Shown here piece after piece: positions 59,549-64,000 of a DNA stretch of 64,000 bases; within the stretch, counting starts at the first letter, position 1; the number at the start of each line of letters is the position of its first letter. Location: the NCBI GenBank assembly GCA_030295235.1, contig AP026123.1, positions 1,550,001 through 1,614,000 of the forward strand, written 5' to 3'. A model generated the notes under the pieces. It was not told the origin of the DNA. It ran no database searches and saw nothing but the letters and a program-made list of their open reading frames with translations. Source of the DNA: Fistulifera solaris. Lineage: Eukaryota. Position numbers and translations under genes: made by a program.

Positions 59549-61404
59549 ATGTTGTCATTGATCTTTTGTATCTCTCTTCTATGGTCGCAGGTAGATGCCC
59601 AAAATATCATGGAGAGGGCGAGAAGGCGTCGAAGTAAGTGTTGTCAAAACAACTCAAGGTATCTTCTTCCGTTTGATCTCAACTCGTCCTTTTGTTCGTT
59701 TCGTAGGACCAGCACGTGCCACCGCCATGTATAATGAAATGTGCCTCGGTGCGAATCGAAATCCCTCACATACTCCGTGTATGTGCGACTTTCTCCGGAC
59801 GGTAGAAGAAGGTATCTTCGACATGCCGTCCTATCGAGGAGCCGAGATTCCTTGCATCAATAGTACCATCGATACTGGTGATTACAAGTATCCTTGTCAA
59901 AACGTTGTACTCTTGTCGATGGTCGGGTTAATCGAACTTCTGCAGGGCGGCGACAATGAAGAGGGCAGTGACTGCTGGGGATGGACCGCATCGACGGGGG
60001 AAGAGATTGCCATGATCGGATTGGAGTCCATGGTCGGGTTCGTGGACATTACCGACCCCGTGAATCCCATTTATTTGGGAAGATTGCCCGCCCGTGGCAA
60101 TCGTTCGTACTGGCGTGACATCAAAGTCTACGGCGATTACGCGTTCATCGTGTCCGAGAACAACGATCACGGAATGCAGGTACGTTGGGCAATGCATCAC
60201 TGAAAATACATTATACGATAGATTGTAGTTCTTACTTTGCATTTGATCGAACCAGGTGATTGAAATGACGCAAATGGTGGGTTTGGATGTGTCTCAAGGA
60301 CCCGTCACGTTTGCCGAGACGGTTCACTATGCGGGATTCACGACGGCCCACAACATCTTCATCCATGAAGAAACGGGCTATGCCTATGTAGTTGGCTCGA
60401 ACATGTGTCAGAGTGGTCTCTACATCGTTGATATCAAGAACCCTCTTTCACCGACATTCGAGGCATGTTTTAGTGAAGACGGATATGTGCACGATGTGCA
60501 ATGTAAGTCGGCGATTCTTGCCCTTAACGAACGATCGATTCGAATGTTTCTCACACAAAGTTTTCTCTCTAGGTGTCATTTACAATGGAGCCGACACTCG
60601 ATACACCGGTCGCGAAATATGTTTTGCGTAAGTCGCAGATTGATTTTCGCTGTGAATATTGCCTCCATGAGGAGTCGAAAAATCTCATGCTCGTTTTTTA
60701 GGTGCAACACTGATACGGTCACCATCATCGATGTGACAGACAAGTCGAATATGGTGATGCTATCCAGGACGACTTACGTCAACGTCGCGTACACACATCA
60801 AGGTTGGCTCACGGAAGACCACAATACATTCTTCTTCGGCGACGAGAATGATGAAATGAATCATAACACGAAAACGAGGACGATGGTACTGAATGTGAAG
60901 AATCTTCAAAAGCCGATCGTTGTAGGGGCGTATACAGGCGCAACATCCGCAATCGACCATAATCTCTACGTTTTGGGCAAATATATTTATGAGGGAAATT
61001 ATGCGAACGGTCTAGAGGTTCTCAGGATGGGCGACTCGATTGACCGAAAGGTCGATCTAAAACAGGTGGCGCAATTTGATAGCTATCCAGAAGGTAAAGC
61101 TTCCACTTTCAACGGGGCATGGTCTGTGTATCCATATTTTGCTTCGGGAAATATAATAATCAGCGACATCAACCGTGGCTTGATTGTAGTGAGAGTCGAC
61201 ACCGAAGGAGATGACCCGCCCATAGAGGCAGTTTTGAGTTGCTACAAGCCGGAGGCAAGCTGCGGTTTACTTGATAGAAGAAAAGGCTTTTTTATGAACC
61301 GTCCATCTTTCACAGGTCTTTTCTGCAGACGACGATGCGTCCCCGAAGACGATATCGAACGTCGTCTGTCAGCAGGTTGGAAATGCGGACGATGTCGTAA
61401 CTAG
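59549..61404 (+). CDS. Secreted choice-of-anchor B / LVIVD-repeat family protein; introns 59634-59706, 60180-60255, 60503-60572 and 60628-60701
   Basis: Signal peptide followed by SDCWGW, FVDITDPVNPIYLGRLP, WRDIKVY, HGMQV, AHNI, YVHDVQC, YTHQGWLTEDH, IDHNLYV and FNGAWSVYPYFASG. All four GT-AG introns restore the frame. Confidence 0.85.
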
Positions 61405-61500
61405 TGAGATAGAGGTGTCATTTGTCATCCTGTAAGCAAATTTCCCACGGCAAAAACATATCATTAGCACTGGTACCGATTTTTGGCTTCCTACGGGCCT

Positions 61501-63001
61501 TTACATCATGTCCACGAAACGATCCACGAAGGATGAGGCACGCTTAACTAAAGCCTTTGCACCGCGAAAGAACTGCACGAATTTTCGACCAACCCGAAGA
61601 CATCCGAATGGACTTCCGATAGCCACAATACACGTTTCAAATGTCACGTCTCCGGAAGAATTTCGGCGTATGCGCTTTCCCAAAAGGAGAGACCACATGA
61701 ATTCGAAAGCAATTGATAAGATAGAGCTTGGCATTGGTTCAAGAATAGTTTTCTTCCAAATTTTCGATAATTGTGGATGTCTAATGTCTGGGGCCTGTAT
61801 GCGATAAACTGCTAGTGCGCCATCTGTATCCAACCGGGCAACATATTTGCTTGGACGCCGGTCTCTCTCAAGGTCGGGTTCACTGACCCAGACGACGTAA
61901 CCTTCATTCTCCGCAGCGGTGTACAAGAAGAGCTGACTCGCTTGTAGCTCCAGTCGACAATCGCCGAAATAAGGGTGTACTCTTACGCTTTCTCTAAGCG
62001 ACCATATTAGTTGCGGATCATCGTCGTCGTTAATCTTACGATAAGAAATCAAGTCGCAATCAGCCGATAATTGCACATAATGTGACCCGCGGCGCATCGT
62101 ACTCCCCCCTTACCAAACTGACATCTGGCCACAAAGAGGAAGGGTCCATAAACTGAGGAATATAGCCCGACTCGTTTTCGGTCCTTGAGCTATCACCTTC
62201 AAGTGCAAATACATCTTCTTGTAACACAACAGGTGCAATATGCAGCGGCTGATATATGAATCCACCCGTGTAGAAATCTTGCTGCCGTACGTAATCCTGG
62301 GCAACGGTATGCATGAAACCTAGACTCTCATCAAAATAACTCGCTGTTTCGATTTTCCGTAAGATTCGTTGACCGTACTGGTCCATGAGAAATTCTTCCT
62401 CTTCGGCAAAACGATCGGGTGAACGACTCCCCTTCTTGAAATGATTGTGTACCAAACGCATCGTTAAGATAGCTTGGTTGATAGTACGATTCACTTCTAG
62501 CGTAACCGCTCGAATAAAAATCACTAAAAAAGTCTTGAAAAATGGCCCAAGGATCAATCGGCTCATGAAAGGGTGCCACGCCGTGTCCTCTGCACTGTCA
62601 GCAGACGGCGTACGCGAGAAGTCGTTGTGCGTTTGTTGATCGCGTTGTCGCAAATAGTTGTCATATTCTTGCTTTTCCTTCGAAAGGACTTGATATGCTT
62701 CCGCAACACGCGCAAATCGATCATTGCCTTCCTGAGTCGTTGTCGTGTTGTCTCCCACCAGTTTATCCGGATGCCATTGCTGTGCTTGCTTTCGATACGC
62801 TTTCTTGATCTCTTTTTCATTGTATTCGACATTTCGGTCGAGTCCTAGTATCTTGTAGTGATCCCAGTGCTCCCATTCGTATGTGTCATTCACTGCGGTA
62901 GAAGCGAACACATGGCTCAGGGGTAAGAAACGATACGGTGCAAACGTCTGCAGAATAAACCAACAGCCGATCAGAAACAGCCGTGACCACCCCGACTTCA
63001 T
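61501..63001 (-). CDS. Secretory-pathway DnaJ (J-domain) protein with a C-terminal bulb-lectin-like region; frameshifts
   Basis: Signal peptide and J domain DHYKILGL..EIKKAYRKQAQQWHPDK..FARVAEAYQVLS. C-terminal YVQLSADCDLISY / LELQASQLFLY / ARLDTDGALAVY repeats. Confidence 0.75.
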
Positions 63002-63129
63002 TCCAATGCATAAAAGACGATCACCACAAAGAGCCGAAGATGCTTCGTATCATTCGTTTTAATAATTTATTTTGTAGTTATAAGTTTCTAATTATAACGC
63101 GGCGTGACAAAAATGAATAAGCGAGCGAC

Positions 63130-63765
63130 GAAGTGTTTCGAGTCACACAGAAAATCTGTGGATGTTCGAGAAAATCTGAAATACCCGGTACCGTGTTTTG
63201 CGTCACATCGAAATTTTGTGGACGTTCCAGAAATTCTGGAATAAGAGTTTCGCGTGACACAGAAAATCTGTGGAAGTTCCAGAAAATCTGGAATCGGTGT
63301 TTTGCGTCACACCGAGATTTTTGGTCGTTCCAGAAATTCTGGAATTGGTGTTTCGCGTCAAACAGAAAATCTGTAGAAGTTCCAGAAAATCTGGAATCGG
63401 TGTTTTGCGTCACAAAGAGATTTTGTGGACCTTCCAGAAATTCTGGAATCGGTGTTTTGGGTCACACAGAAAATCTGTGGAAGTTCCAGAAAATCTGGAA
63501 TCGGTGTTTTGCGTCACAAGGAGATTTTGTGGATGTTCCAGAAATTCTGGAACCGTTTTTTTGGGTCACACAGAAAATACGTATTGTGCCAGAAAATCTG
63601 GAATCGGTGTTTTGCGTCACAAAGAGATTTTGTGGATGTTCCAGAAATTCTGGAATTGTTGTTTTGCGTCACACAGAGATTTTTGTGGACGTTCCAGTAA
63701 TTCTGAAATCGGTGTTTGGGTCATGCAGAAAATCTGTGGCTGTTCCAGAAGTTCTGGATCTGTTG
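63130..63765. repeat. Satellite array of about 12 x 52-bp monomers, alternating CCAGAAATTCTGG and CCAGAAAATCTGG (104-bp dimer)
   Basis: Cores at 63227, 63279, 63330, 63382, 63434, 63486, 63538, 63589, 63641, 63694 and 63745. Confidence 0.95.
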
Positions 63766-63980
63766 TTTTTACTCTAGGCCAAAGTGTAGTCGCCTGTCAA
63801 CTTTTCCACGACTGCATTTCAGTCCTGAACCAAGCTTTATCGAGCCCCGCTGCTACCCACCCTGCGATTGTTTCTTAATGTTGTTGAATAACATTACTTT
63901 TTTAAAATGGGTTTCATTACAGTATTCAACTTTTAGCATCATTCTGCTATACACACAGATTTTTTTACGTCGAAAGCTTG
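63766..63980 (+). repeat. Dispersed ~220-bp element copy abutting the satellite
   Basis: ttttactctag..gtgtag..cacGACTGCATTTCAGTCCTGAA at 63810 and TTACGTCGAAA at 63965. Confidence 0.65.
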
Positions 63981-64000
63981 GGGATCGTTGCCTTCCTTCT

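Noticed and set aside
63078..63878. Overlapping ORFs of up to 214 aa across the satellite (and similar short ORFs at 1872-2917)
   Set aside because: They are by-products of stop-poor repeats, open in several frames on both strands, with no protein-like features.

Overview
Gene-dense eukaryotic nuclear DNA, most likely from a pennate diatom. The evidence is short 60-76 nt GT-AG introns, signal peptides followed by F/W (bipartite plastid targeting) and diatom-type gene families. It holds about 25 protein-coding genes, including HCAR-like, PLK1, MCM3, RPN10, PhyH, AKTIP-like, EDC4, RPL10, LTN1 and APC11, plus one tRNA-Ser(AGA). Many genes, essential ones included, carry single-base frameshifts in short homopolymers; these are best read as long-read assembly errors. 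Protein highlights: (1) a single-chain double translin/TRAX protein with one degenerate and one catalytically intact module, lying between two paralogous PDZ-ankyrin-CCCH genes; (2) a membrane-anchored alveolate-type adenylyl cyclase lacking both metal-binding aspartates; (3) a Cys-less glutaredoxin-DEP-DUF547-GAF fusion. Non-coding highlights: (4) four arrays built on the near-palindrome CCAGAAAWTCTGG; (5) a dispersed ~220-bp intergenic element family at five or more loci; (6) a 314-bp hAT-type MITE with a perfect 8-bp target-site duplication. All calls are from reading the sequence and recalled family motifs; no database search was run.
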